From Chlamydiota bacterium (GTDB taxonomy: Bacteria; Chlamydiota; Chlamydiia; Chlamydiales; SM23-39), in NCBI GenBank assembly GCA_050049995.1, contig JASFVE010000002.1:1-50091 (forward strand): 50,091 nt of DNA. The letters run 5' to 3'. This document shows, piece after piece, positions 27,461-36,231 of the stretch; positions within the stretch are counted from its first letter, which is position 1, and each line of letters begins with the position of its first letter. A model generated the notes under the pieces. It saw nothing but the letters and a program-made list of their open reading frames with translations. It had not been told where the DNA came from and searched no databases. The translations under genes and the position numbers were made by a program.

Positions 27461-28054
27461 ATGAAGAAATTAATTTACTTATTCTTAGTTTGTATTAGTA
27501 GTTCTTTGCTTGGTCAGGAAAGTTTTTCTGGTGAGTCATTTCCCTCGAAAGTGGAGATTGAGGTAGTTCCTTATGTTTACGGAGATATATTTCAACCAGG
27601 GTATGGTTTAAGTATACGAGCCGGAATTTCAGCTCATACATTTGAGTTAGCTCCTATGTCAATTCCTCCTTCAAGGGGATATTTTGGGAATAGTTCTGCT
27701 AGAATAGGGGTTACAGGTTCATATTATTACACATTTCGCCGAGGTAAAATTTTTCAACCTTACCTAGGTTTCAGTTTTACCCATCTGCGAGATACTCATA
27801 GAAGTGTTTATCAGGAATATCAAGGGGATAAGCTTTATAAAGAAGGGAAAAGCCCAGTTTTAAAAGAAAACTTTATCGATAGCATAATAGGAATGCAGGT
27901 CTGTATACCGAATAAAAAATTTGTGAAAGCATATTTATTTGGAGATGTTTTAGGTTGTCCAATGTGCATTGCAGATTTAATTGGGGAAGGATTTAAGTAT
28001 GCAGAGGTGGGTTTACGCCCTCTTCCTAGAGTAGGGGCCGGATTGCAATTCTAA
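27461..28054 (+). CDS. small outer-membrane beta-barrel-like protein
   Basis: 197 aa with a signal peptide (MKKLIYLFLVCISSSLLG), alternating Gly/aromatic strands, and a C-terminal ...RVGAGLQF. Confidence 0.5.
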   Translation: MKKLIYLFLVCISSSLLGQESFSGESFPSKVEIEVVPYVYGDIFQPGYGLSIRAGISAHTFELAPMSIPPSRGYFGNSSARIGVTGSYYYTFRRGKIFQPYLGFSFTHLRDTHRSVYQEYQGDKLYKEGKSPVLKENFIDSIIGMQVCIPNKKFVKAYLFGDVLGCPMCIADLIGEGFKYAEVGLRPLPRVGAGLQF

Positions 28055-28113
28055 CAGAGCTTTTGATTGATTAAAGATGAAGGACGTCTACACAACTCTT
28101 GATTGGGGAAAAG
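28055..28113 (+). repeat. recurrent intergenic motif, two adjacent copies (I1, I2) between convergent genes
   Basis: cagagcttttgattgatt (28055-72) and acaactcttgattggggaaaagt (28092-113). Confidence 0.5.
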
Positions 28114-28151
28114 TGCAGTGTGTTCAAATATTTGAAAGTTATAGCTTCTTT

Positions 28152-28748
28152 CTAACCCCGAGTAAGTTGTCCCGTAGCTGGATCTATAAACATACCTGCA
28201 CCAGGCCGATGGTCCATGTCATCTAAAAGTTGAATCTGTCCTTCTTTGGAGCCTTCTGTGACCTTTGAAAATACAATTGTGCTTTCACTTACAATGTTTG
28301 AAAGGCTAAGTTCTCGTTCACCAATTTTGACGATTTTACCTTCCACAGTAAAGGATGACCAGTTGTCTTCCGAGATTGGTCTGACATTAACCCTGTTAAA
28401 ATCAAATAAAGTACCATTTTCATCTCGATATCGTAGTCCCTCTAGGGGTTCAAAGGCTGCTACTCGCTGTGCTCGTGCAATAATTGCTTCCGCAAGTTGA
28501 TTCGTAGTTCGGGCATTTGCCTCTAAATCATCATCGTTTAAAGATTCGGTGAGGTTAATAAAATGGGTGATGCCAATCTTCTCTTTTGAGCCATCTGCTT
28601 TGATGATTTCTAAAAAGATAGGTTGCCCGAGATCAAGTTGTCGTCTACCGCATAGATAAAATCCGATAGGCTCTGTGCGGTTTGCGTTTACAATCTGAAG
28701 GGCATTGGTTAATAAACTTTCATAAGTTGATGTTGATACAGATGCCAA
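28152..28748 (-). CDS. hypothetical protein
   Basis: 198-aa ORF with a TTG start and no signal peptide. It looks more G+C-rich than its neighbours by eye and is the only minus-strand gene in the 24-30 kb block. Confidence 0.5.
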   Translation of the reverse strand: MASVSTSTYESLLTNALQIVNANRTEPIGFYLCGRRQLDLGQPIFLEIIKADGSKEKIGITHFINLTESLNDDDLEANARTTNQLAEAIIARAQRVAAFEPLEGLRYRDENGTLFDFNRVNVRPISEDNWSSFTVEGKIVKIGERELSLSNIVSESTIVFSKVTEGSKEGQIQLLDDMDHRPGAGMFIDPATGQLTRG

Positions 28749-28840
28749 AACAAAACTCTCTTTTTTTGTTATACAATTATACTACTTTCCTAGTTATAAA
28801 GGCCAGATCAGTGGGGCTGGTTTAGTAGAGGAAAGGAGAC

Positions 28841-28868
28841 GTGTTCAGACTTTTGATTGTGAAAAACT
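28841..28868 (+). repeat. recurrent intergenic motif copy J (extended form)
   Basis: gtgttcagacttttgattgtgaaaaact, preceded by gaggaaaggagac. A degenerate further copy, atgcgttaaggatttctgagaag, lies at 28922-28944. Confidence 0.6.
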
Positions 28869-29073
28869 AGCATTTTTAAAACTTTATCAGACGTTCGGGG
28901 TTCAATGGTTTCATAACTTGAATGCGTTAAGGATTTCTGAGAAGAGTCCTAAGGCTATTTAGGTGTATGATTTTTTTTTACGTCTTTTGAAGAAGGAACA
29001 AGCTTTATTATTCATAGAGTAGTCATATGCAATTTTTGTACTTTTTATTGAACTGCCAGTATAATACCTTCCC

Positions 29074-29832
29074 ATGTTTAAGCTTTTTTTCTTTCTTTTT
29101 TCAATTTTTCTATTTACTGTAAATGCATATGCTGATGAGTCAGTATTATCTTCTCCTAGTACTCAATCAACTTTGCTTGCCCAGTATAACAATAGAATTT
29201 CAGTTAATTTTCCTCTTATTGGGCTTTCCTATGAAAGGATCAAACCAAATTCTTATTATGTAGGAATCGATGCGAACATTTTTTTCCCTTCATTCAATTT
29301 TAGCGATATCACCAACTTTGAAGCTCGTATTGGGTATCACTTTTTTGATGGAATAGGGCATCATTTTATTTTAACTGAAGGGGTAGGATATCTCCGCAAT
29401 CATGAATTTTTAGCTGAATGCTTTTCTTATAGTCTCGAAGATATTCCAGAGTTTTTGTATGAATCTATTGGATTTTCTTATGAAGATGAGGTAGTCATCC
29501 ATCAATTTTTGGTCGTAGAGGTTGGTGTGAATGCTCAGGGTTTACTGGCTTATCGGTTCCCAGCGAAATGGAATGCTTCTTCCAAAGAATATGGGAAGAT
29601 AACAGGAGCATTTCCTGTTTATGGCTTTAAAGGGAGCCTTCCTATTACATTTCGATTTGGTCGACAAAAAAACTGGGATTTTCGGATTCAGCCTTCCTTT
29701 TTATACTTAGCAAGTCACACAGTTAAAATGGACTACGTTTATGCGCTTTTTGGCTCTAAAAGAGTCAATTCAACGGAAAAAAAGCAAATCCAGGAAGGTT
29801 ATATTTATTTTTCAATTGGACGTAGATTCTAA
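29074..29832 (+). CDS. outer-membrane beta-barrel-like protein
   Basis: 252 aa with a signal peptide (MFKLFFFLFSIFLFTVNAYA) and a C-terminal ...YFSIGRRF. Confidence 0.5.
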   Translation: MFKLFFFLFSIFLFTVNAYADESVLSSPSTQSTLLAQYNNRISVNFPLIGLSYERIKPNSYYVGIDANIFFPSFNFSDITNFEARIGYHFFDGIGHHFILTEGVGYLRNHEFLAECFSYSLEDIPEFLYESIGFSYEDEVVIHQFLVVEVGVNAQGLLAYRFPAKWNASSKEYGKITGAFPVYGFKGSLPITFRFGRQKNWDFRIQPSFLYLASHTVKMDYVYALFGSKRVNSTEKKQIQEGYIYFSIGRRF

Positions 29833-29900
29833 AGTTCTATTTTGAAAATAAAAGACTGCTCGTGAAACTAAAGTCTTAAAATTGAGAAAGGAGGAAAGAT

Positions 29901-29929
29901 GCGTTCAGAACTTTTGATTGGGATAATTT
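29901..29929 (+). repeat. recurrent intergenic motif copy K (extended form)
   Basis: gcgttcagaacttttgattgggataattt, preceded by aaggaggaaagat. It lies 51 nt upstream of the rhuM fragment ATG. Confidence 0.7.
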
Positions 29930-29979
29930 CGCTAAAAAGGCTATAACTTTTTCTAAAATTTATATCAGTAGAGGAGCCT

Positions 29980-30504
29980 ATGGATAGAGGAGAAGTAATA
30001 CTTTACACAACAGCAGATGGTCAGACCTCCATCCAATTGCGAATTGAAAATGGAAGTGTATGGTTAACGCAGTTAGAACTAGCAGAGTTATTTCAGACTA
30101 CCAAGCAGAATATTAGCCTTCACATCAAGAATATTTTGGAAGAGGAAGAGCTTGATAATTCAGTAGTCAAGGAAGACTTGACAACTGCATCTGATGGGAA
30201 ACGCTATCAAACTAAATTTTACAATCTCAGTATGATTCTAGCTGTTGGCTATCGGGTTAGTTCTCATCGTGGAACGCAGTTTCGACAGTGGGCAACAACC
30301 CATTTACAGGAATACTTAATCAAAGGCTTTGTAATGGATGATGCTCGATTAAAAGAGCCGAAGCCATGGGATTACTTTGACGAGTGGTTAGAACGAATTC
30401 GGGAAATTCGAGCTTCGGAAAAGCGATTTTATCAGAAGGTGCGTGATATCTATGCCACAGCTGTTGACTATAACCCGAAAAGTGAAGAGGCTCAGCTTTT
30501 TTTT
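29980..30504 (+). pseudogene. rhuM: RhuM-family virulence protein, 5' half only
   Basis: GEVILYTTADGQTSIQLRIENGSVWLTQLELAELFQTTKQNISLHIKNILEEEEL...YNLSMILAVGYRVSSHRGTQFRQWATTHLQEYLIKGFVMDD matches the RhuM N-terminal pattern. The similarity stops after ...EEAQLFF at a T8 run (30497-30504). As I recall, full-length RhuM proteins are roughly twice this length. Confidence 0.75.
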
Positions 30505-30934
30505 CGTCATCAGTGTAACGCCCATTTAGATCGTCAACTAGCACACCTCCAGCATAGCCTACCATATTGGAGGGTACACATCGAAGGGGTAAGTAATCTT
30601 TAAGAACATCATCAACAATTTTGTCGACCTCATTCCAAGTATGAATAAATAGATTATCGACTTGATCATCGTCGAGTGGGCTGGTTACTGTAATATGATC
30701 GGTCCTTTTGATAATATCCTTAAACAATTCAGTTCCCAGCTCAACACGCTCGAGATATAGACCCGGTGCCCATATAGACTTGAATCCTGAATAAAGATCA
30801 ACTCCGGAGAGATCACCAAGAGGGATAATCAGATTTTCTACTTGTCTTTGTTGATCTAGAGAATTGTGTTCCTTACTTAAGAAGCGATGTAATCCGGTGT
30901 CGAAGTAAAAGTAATTCATAGTACTAGCTTTCAT
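30505..30934 (-). pseudogene. 5' fragment of an unknown gene, abutting the rhuM fragment tail-to-tail
   Basis: The ORF from ATG 30934 reads about 140 aa of plausible protein (…DYLPLRCVPSNMVGYAGGVLVDDLNGRYTDDEKK). It then continues only as the antisense of rhuM (30320-30504). Confidence 0.35.
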
Positions 30935-30994
30935 TATATTTAATAATAATGAAAAAGCCTACCAGGTTTGATAGGGTTTAACAAGGTTTACTAA

Positions 30995-31015
30995 TGGAGG
31001 TGGAGAGAATCGAAC
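30995..31015 (-). repeat. displaced copy of the tmRNA 3' end (att-like direct repeat, distal)
   Basis: tggaggtggagagaatcgaac is identical over 21/21 nt, in the same orientation, to 36418-36438 (T-loop, T-stem 3' strand, acceptor 3' strand and discriminator of ssrA). Confidence 0.85.
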
Positions 31016-31425
31016 ACGTCATGGAAAAGACTCTTTTTGTTTTCCAAAAACTACTCATTTTCATAGAGAAAAACATAGGAAATTAAGTTCTGTAAATTTC
31101 TTATTCGAACTCGTTTTTTACGCAATTTTTACGCACTAAACTACATTAAATAGCAGTAAGACTATTTTTGCTTACTAGTATCTTAGATTATACCTTTGTG
31201 ACTCATGTGACGGATGTGACTTATAGAGAGTGTTTGTCACATTGTATTGATTTCATCACAGTTCAGAAAACTGTTTTTTTAACAAAGACCAAGAAGGAGC
31301 TATAAAAAGCTTACACGACAAATAATTTATTTAATTTTAGTTAATGAAACATTTTATTTTACTTAAATACCCTCTTACTTAAAATCTCCAACTTTCTAAA
31401 TTTTAAAAAATAAAATCTAATTTTT

Positions 31426-33675
31426 ATGGCTGCGCAAATATCACCAAGATTCTTCACTCCACCCAACGTAAGTCACAACGATATTGTCCATCAGTGGTCT
31501 CTTGAAAATGAAGCAAGAGTTGTTTCTATTGTCAAGCGGGATAAAGATCATATCTGTCATGTTTTCAACCAAGTATCTAATCAATTTACTGAAAGACCTG
31601 TAGCGAATTGTTATGAGAAATATTCATGGAAGAACTTAACTCCTGAAGTAGTTGATACTGACCAAGGGCCAATGTGTATATTAAAAAAGAAAGATGAAAG
31701 GCTTGTTTTAAATACTTCCATTAAAGTTGGAGAGGCTATTTGTAAAATATGGGTCTTGGGTTCTTCTCCCTATCTTAACAGAGCTCTTCTTTTGAACATT
31801 ACAAAAAATAGGGTAGCAGAATTAGATAGTTGTATTTTTTTTGATGAAGTAGAGCCATTTAATACTTATTTAACAGACCAAACTAGAAAATCACGATCAG
31901 TAGCTAGGTATTCTGTACATGCTACAACGATTTCAATGATTGGAGGAGCTATAGCAATACCTCTTGCGCTTGCAAATCCTATTGTAGGAATCCCTGTTAT
32001 AAAAACATTCGGTGCAGCATGGATTTCTTCTTTTTTAACATGTACAGGAGCCTTAACTTATGAGAGCTTCCATTCTGCTTCACTTGCTTCTTCGGCTATT
32101 GTGCAGCCTTTTATTGGAACGGATGGAACCCCAATAGATTTTGATTTTAAGCCAGTTCAATTAGAAAGTGAATTTGATGTTGGTGAGGAAATTCGAAAAG
32201 AAAGTTTTTTTCCAGTACAAAAATGGAGTGCCGAAGGCAAAAGAGTTGGGATAAGAATCAAAGATGGTGAGATCGGTTTTATTGTTGCTGATGAACGAAA
32301 TGGCAGAATGCTAAACGGAGGAACACATCAAATAGATCGAAGTGACATTGAAGAAAGAGTGATAGAAGTAGCTAATAGACTTTATTCTAATTGGACTACA
32401 AGATGGGGTGCTTGCGCAGCCAAAATCATTTATTGGTGGAATAAAAATAAAATACAACATGAGCAAGCTAATTTAAAGAAAAGCCTTGAGGAAGAAAATT
32501 TGCAAAGAGAATTTGAAAATATTTCAATTGGATGTTCTTATGTGCAAAAAAATAATATTCCACTGTTTTGTGAAATCAAAAGAAGATGGGCTCTTGGTAA
32601 TGATAAGGAGTTAGGCCTTGTTATGGAAAAAGGGACATTACGATGGTGGATATTTAAAATACATCAAAATCGTGGAATACTTGAAGAAACACAAAGTACT
32701 TTTAATGTGGAATATCCTACACTTGAAATGAGATTTCTTCAAAAGCTTGCTTCACCATTAAAAGAATATAGTAAGCGGACTCAATTTGTAGGATCTAGTG
32801 AATGTAGTCAAAGTACAAGAGAATTTCTTTATGCTTTAGGTGATAAGTCTCCAGAAGAACAGCTAGAAGATATTAACAGTTTTTTCATACGAAAAGCACA
32901 CATACTTAACTGCAACGGAGCTAAATTTGTTAGAGCAGTTATGGAGCCTAAGAGTTCCTTTTCTAGCAGAATGGATGAAAGGATTAAAATCACTGAGCAT
33001 AGCTGGGCTGTGACTTTAATTAGAGTAGGTAGCAGGAAGCAACAAGGTAAATGCAATGGAAAATCGCTTCCTGCTGGTTTAAAATATGAAAAACAGCATG
33101 CTGAAATTGTCATTGAAGGGATTGCTCATGAAAACAGAACCATGGCTTATATGGTCTTGGAGCAAGTCGGTAGGGAAGTAAGGGAAGTGAGAAGGGAAAT
33201 CAACTTAATAAAGGGGCAACCTTTTTCATTGATTTGTCATTTTAATGTTCCTGCTACAGGTAAAAATAATAATTCCATGTGTAGTCCTGGAGATGCAGTG
33301 GTTTTAATTGAAGATTACTCAAATCGGGACATAGATGATGAATACAGATCTCAAGTATGGAAGAGACCTAGAGATGAGGTTTTAAAAATGTTAGCCCAGG
33401 TTTACAAAGAGGCAAAAAAAGAAGTAGAAATTTCTTTATTACATACATGGGGAAAATATTCGATAGTTAATTTATTAAGACAAGGCAAAATAGATAGTTG
33501 TATAACGTGGTCATTTCCTAAGCTCGAAATGATGAGTATTCATTTAAACCCTACTGTCATTGGAAAAATAATTGGTAAAGAATGTGGATTTACGACACAC
33601 ACAGCTTCTAGCTATTTTACTTATTCAAAAGAATATCATGATAGTCATCCCCCAGAAGATGAAGGTTTATTATAG
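31426..33675 (+). CDS. large hypothetical protein with Inc-like bilobed hydrophobic domain
   Basis: 749 aa. About 48 hydrophobic residues in two lobes ([47 protein letters not shown], about nt 31921-32062) sit within an otherwise hydrophilic protein. Confidence 0.6.
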   Translation: MAAQISPRFFTPPNVSHNDIVHQWSLENEARVVSIVKRDKDHICHVFNQVSNQFTERPVANCYEKYSWKNLTPEVVDTDQGPMCILKKKDERLVLNTSIKVGEAICKIWVLGSSPYLNRALLLNITKNRVAELDSCIFFDEVEPFNTYLTDQTRKSRSVARYSVHATTISMIGGAIAIPLALANPIVGIPVIKTFGAAWISSFLTCTGALTYESFHSASLASSAIVQPFIGTDGTPIDFDFKPVQLESEFDVGEEIRKESFFPVQKWSAEGKRVGIRIKDGEIGFIVADERNGRMLNGGTHQIDRSDIEERVIEVANRLYSNWTTRWGACAAKIIYWWNKNKIQHEQANLKKSLEEENLQREFENISIGCSYVQKNNIPLFCEIKRRWALGNDKELGLVMEKGTLRWWIFKIHQNRGILEETQSTFNVEYPTLEMRFLQKLASPLKEYSKRTQFVGSSECSQSTREFLYALGDKSPEEQLEDINSFFIRKAHILNCNGAKFVRAVMEPKSSFSSRMDERIKITEHSWAVTLIRVGSRKQQGKCNGKSLPAGLKYEKQHAEIVIEGIAHENRTMAYMVLEQVGREVREVRREINLIKGQPFSLICHFNVPATGKNNNSMCSPGDAVVLIEDYSNRDIDDEYRSQVWKRPRDEVLKMLAQVYKEAKKEVEISLLHTWGKYSIVNLLRQGKIDSCITWSFPKLEMMSIHLNPTVIGKIIGKECGFTTHTASSYFTYSKEYHDSHPPEDEGLL

Positions 33676-33683
33676 GAGAAAAT

Positions 33684-34655
33684 ATGGTAATAGATATTAA
33701 AGTTGCATTATTCAATGCAAGAACATTTGAAGATGTTTTGACGATAGCCCAAACGGCAAAAGGTCACGAAGGTCGAATATTTAGCAGCCCTTTTGTTACT
33801 GTTCGAGGATACTCAGGATATTTGCAGGAACATGATCTTGCAAATAAAGTAAAAGAACTAATTATGAGGAGAAAAGATCTTCCTTGGACAGAAGAAATTA
33901 GGGGAACTGGGAGGTCAATAGAAAGAGAAATTAAAAGGATTTACAGAGAGTCTTCTGGAAACAATGGATATAATGAGAATAATTATTTTACAGAGTTTAC
34001 AAGTCGATTATTTGAAAGCGAAAATATCGTGTTTATTGGAAATGCTGTTTTTGATCACTGTGTCAACAAATATTTAAGTGTTAAAAGGTTCTTTTTGTCT
34101 GATGGAAGAGGAGTAGATAAAGAGGAATGGTTAAATACTGATTACGAGCTTTTAAATCCAATAAAAGCTTATCATGGTGTTTCTGGACACCCCAATGGCC
34201 CAATTCCAAATACTGCTTATGTGGAAATTACCGATCATCCCACGGATCATGTTGATGGGCCTTTTCATCCCTCATCAATGGTATGTAGGGTTTTTGAAGA
34301 AAGGATACACACAAAAGTTTCTACCCTCATGAAGTGTATACAAACTTTTGAAGATTTTTTGTCCATTACAAGAAATGCTTCTATAAAGATGTCAATTTTA
34401 GGCTCAAGGTATGTTGAAGTTAGAGGTTGTGATGATTTCACTTACTTGGGCACTTTAGAAAAAAAAGTTACTGAGTTGCTAACTTTAGATGGCGCTTCAC
34501 CAATTCGAGAAGAAGTTGCAGAGCATTTGGCAAACCTTAGAAGGGAATATAATGAGTTAGAATCTAATTGTGATAACTTATTTACCCTTGGATGTCTAAA
34601 GATTAGATTTGTATTCATGACTATCTTTGGGAGATATTTATTTAGTCCCTCCTAG
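33684..34655 (+). CDS. hypothetical protein with two family-A N-terminal modules
   Basis: 323 aa. AGGAG lies upstream, and the gene starts 8 nt after the 749-aa [39 protein letters not shown] and [34 protein letters not shown] both match the module of 24509 and 25361. Confidence 0.6.
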   Translation: MVIDIKVALFNARTFEDVLTIAQTAKGHEGRIFSSPFVTVRGYSGYLQEHDLANKVKELIMRRKDLPWTEEIRGTGRSIEREIKRIYRESSGNNGYNENNYFTEFTSRLFESENIVFIGNAVFDHCVNKYLSVKRFFLSDGRGVDKEEWLNTDYELLNPIKAYHGVSGHPNGPIPNTAYVEITDHPTDHVDGPFHPSSMVCRVFEERIHTKVSTLMKCIQTFEDFLSITRNASIKMSILGSRYVEVRGCDDFTYLGTLEKKVTELLTLDGASPIREEVAEHLANLRREYNELESNCDNLFTLGCLKIRFVFMTIFGRYLFSPS

Positions 34656-34677
34656 AAAAGAAGGGACTTTAGACTTT

Positions 34678-35028
34678 TTAGCTTTCTTCTACTACTTCAG
34701 CTATCTCGACAGCTAGGTTGGCTGCGCTTTCAATATGCTGGTGGGCTTGAGTTTCAGCTTTTCTTGCAAAAAAAACCAAAACAGCATCAGTTCCAACTTT
34801 TGAAACAGAGGCAACTGCATCTGGACAGCAAGCATCAGCTGATGCATGTAATGGACCTTTTACCACATTATTAGTTTGAGAAATGACTGATGATACACCT
34901 TCTTTTGCGGCTGTTTCCACTCGTCTTATTAATCTAACTGATTCAGATTGTCCCTCTGCTTGTGGAGTATTGTCCCAATCAAATTCAATATCAGCCAAAG
35001 CTCCTGGTTGATTATTTACTGCTGCCAT
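34678..35028 (-). CDS. hypothetical acidic protein
   Basis: 116-aa ORF, Ala/Val-rich, which looks higher in G+C than its surroundings. Confidence 0.4.
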   Translation of the reverse strand: MAAVNNQPGALADIEFDWDNTPQAEGQSESVRLIRRVETAAKEGVSSVISQTNNVVKGPLHASADACCPDAVASVSKVGTDAVLVFFARKAETQAHQHIESAANLAVEIAEVVEES

Positions 35029-35460
35029 ATTTTACCTCTTTTGGTTAAAAGTTAATAAGGAATGGACATTAATACAGATTAATTGATTTTTTTTAAAATA
35101 AAAATAAATTAAATTATTTATTTTACAACAGCTCGTGATGTAAATAATTATTTTAATAATTAAAAAGACGACTATTGAATAAATAATGCATTTTTTTCTT
35201 TGTGTGCGTAAGAATTGCGTAATTTATTATTAAGAATCCAAATTATGATTGTAAATCAATGGTTTAAGTGTCTTAGTTAAGAGATATCTATTCTCTCCAC
35301 CTTGCATATATAATTAACTGAAATACAGAAGGGTTCAGTATGAATTTCTTATAATTCCGCATAAATTCCGCATTTTAAGAATAAATTGTCACAGTTTTCA
35401 CATCCGAAAAATTTAATTTTGTGACAAACCCTTCCTGGGAGGTCACGCCTGTCGCAGATG

Positions 35461-36231
35461 TCACGCGTTTGGTGAAGCTTGTGTTTTGAAATTAAAAAAA
35501 AGCTCAAGGAGATCAATAGCTTCGTTTGTTAGTGTCTGGTGAAGTGTAGTGGGTGTGAAGGTGATTAAATTATGATTTTCTCCTAAGTATTCAATATGAT
35601 GAACCGGTAAAGGGTGATACTTTTTAAGTAGAAAATGCCTTTGCTTAGTTGGAAAAGAATATTCGATATTTATAAGCTCCGGATCATTGGTCTTCCCAGA
35701 TAGACAGTGTTGTAATCCATATTCATTTAGTCCTAGGCTATCACAATCACCTTTCCCGAGGTAATCCTGTTGTCTGTGCGCAACGTGCTTATTTCGTAGG
35801 GGCATAAGTGCTAAAATAGAGGGAATCTTTAAAGCAATATCAGATTTTTTTATAAATTCACCAAACCAATCAGATGAAAAAAAGTAATATAACTGACCGA
35901 GTCGTCCGATATAGGCGACAGTTTCGTGTTTAGCATTATGATGATTTGTTTTTTTTGATAAGCGAGGAAAGTTAACGGGGTCTCTGTTGTTTCGTAGCAA
36001 ATTTATGTCTGCCATTCGTCTGCATCCAGCTTTTTCGTAGGTCCTAATTTTTTTGATATGGTATTCGAGTCCTTCTAGCATGTCTAAGACCCCAATTAAC
36101 TTTTCTTTGTGTTTTAAATAAAAAGGATGATTGGCGCAAAGAGCAAATAAATAAGCGGTTTTACGTCTAGGGTTCGAAAACTTCGAATAGATGTGTTTTT
36201 TTGGATTAGGATGTAATTCAAATTCTAACAT
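35461..36231 (-). CDS. hypothetical protein with HEPN-like RxxxxxH motif (AbiU2-like candidate)
   Basis: 256 aa. LRNKHVAHRQQD fits Rx4-6H and resembles the RdK.iAH motif I recall from AbiU2-type HEPN proteins. It occupies the tmRNA-proximal slot where an island integrase would normally sit. Confidence 0.3.
   Translation of the reverse strand: MLEFELHPNPKKHIYSKFSNPRRKTAYLFALCANHPFYLKHKEKLIGVLDMLEGLEYHIKKIRTYEKAGCRRMADINLLRNNRDPVNFPRLSKKTNHHNAKHETVAYIGRLGQLYYFFSSDWFGEFIKKSDIALKIPSILALMPLRNKHVAHRQQDYLGKGDCDSLGLNEYGLQHCLSGKTNDPELINIEYSFPTKQRHFLLKKYHPLPVHHIEYLGENHNLITFTPTTLHQTLTNEAIDLLELFFNFKTQASPNA

Noticed and set aside
28885-28910. A tRNA-like T-arm (ggggttcaatggtttc).
   Set aside because: There is no matching acceptor or anticodon arms around it, and the T-loop consensus GTTCRANYC is not met.
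15725-29929. Reading the GAACTT core of the recurrent motif as an ECF-sigma (sigmaE-like) -35 element.
   Set aside because: No conserved -10-like element such as TCTGA or CGTC sits 16-17 nt downstream in the copies. The conserved block is contiguous (about 23 nt) rather than bipartite.
24415-29950. Mini-ORFs that begin inside the recurrent motif: MNSELLHGENLKK at 24415, MRSKLLING… at 27321 and MRSELLIGIISLKRL at 29899.
   Set aside because: The reading frame, start codon and length are not conserved between copies. The copy at 25274 has an in-frame TAA, the copy at 28841 has a 1-nt deletion, and the copy at 26582 has no ATG. Conservation is therefore at the DNA level, not the peptide level.
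30320-30504. The 3' third of the minus-strand ORF 30320..30934.
   Set aside because: This part is the antisense of the well-supported rhuM fragment, so it is treated as read-through past a deletion junction rather than as genuine coding sequence.
33070-33560. A possible permuted papain-like or PPPDE-like cysteine peptidase signature in the C-terminus of the 749-aa protein (QHAEIVIEG … [19 protein letters not shown]).
   Set aside because: It rests only on a His…Cys order and a vague resemblance to the y.LL..NCN.F motif. The spacing and surrounding residues do not convincingly match any family I can name.
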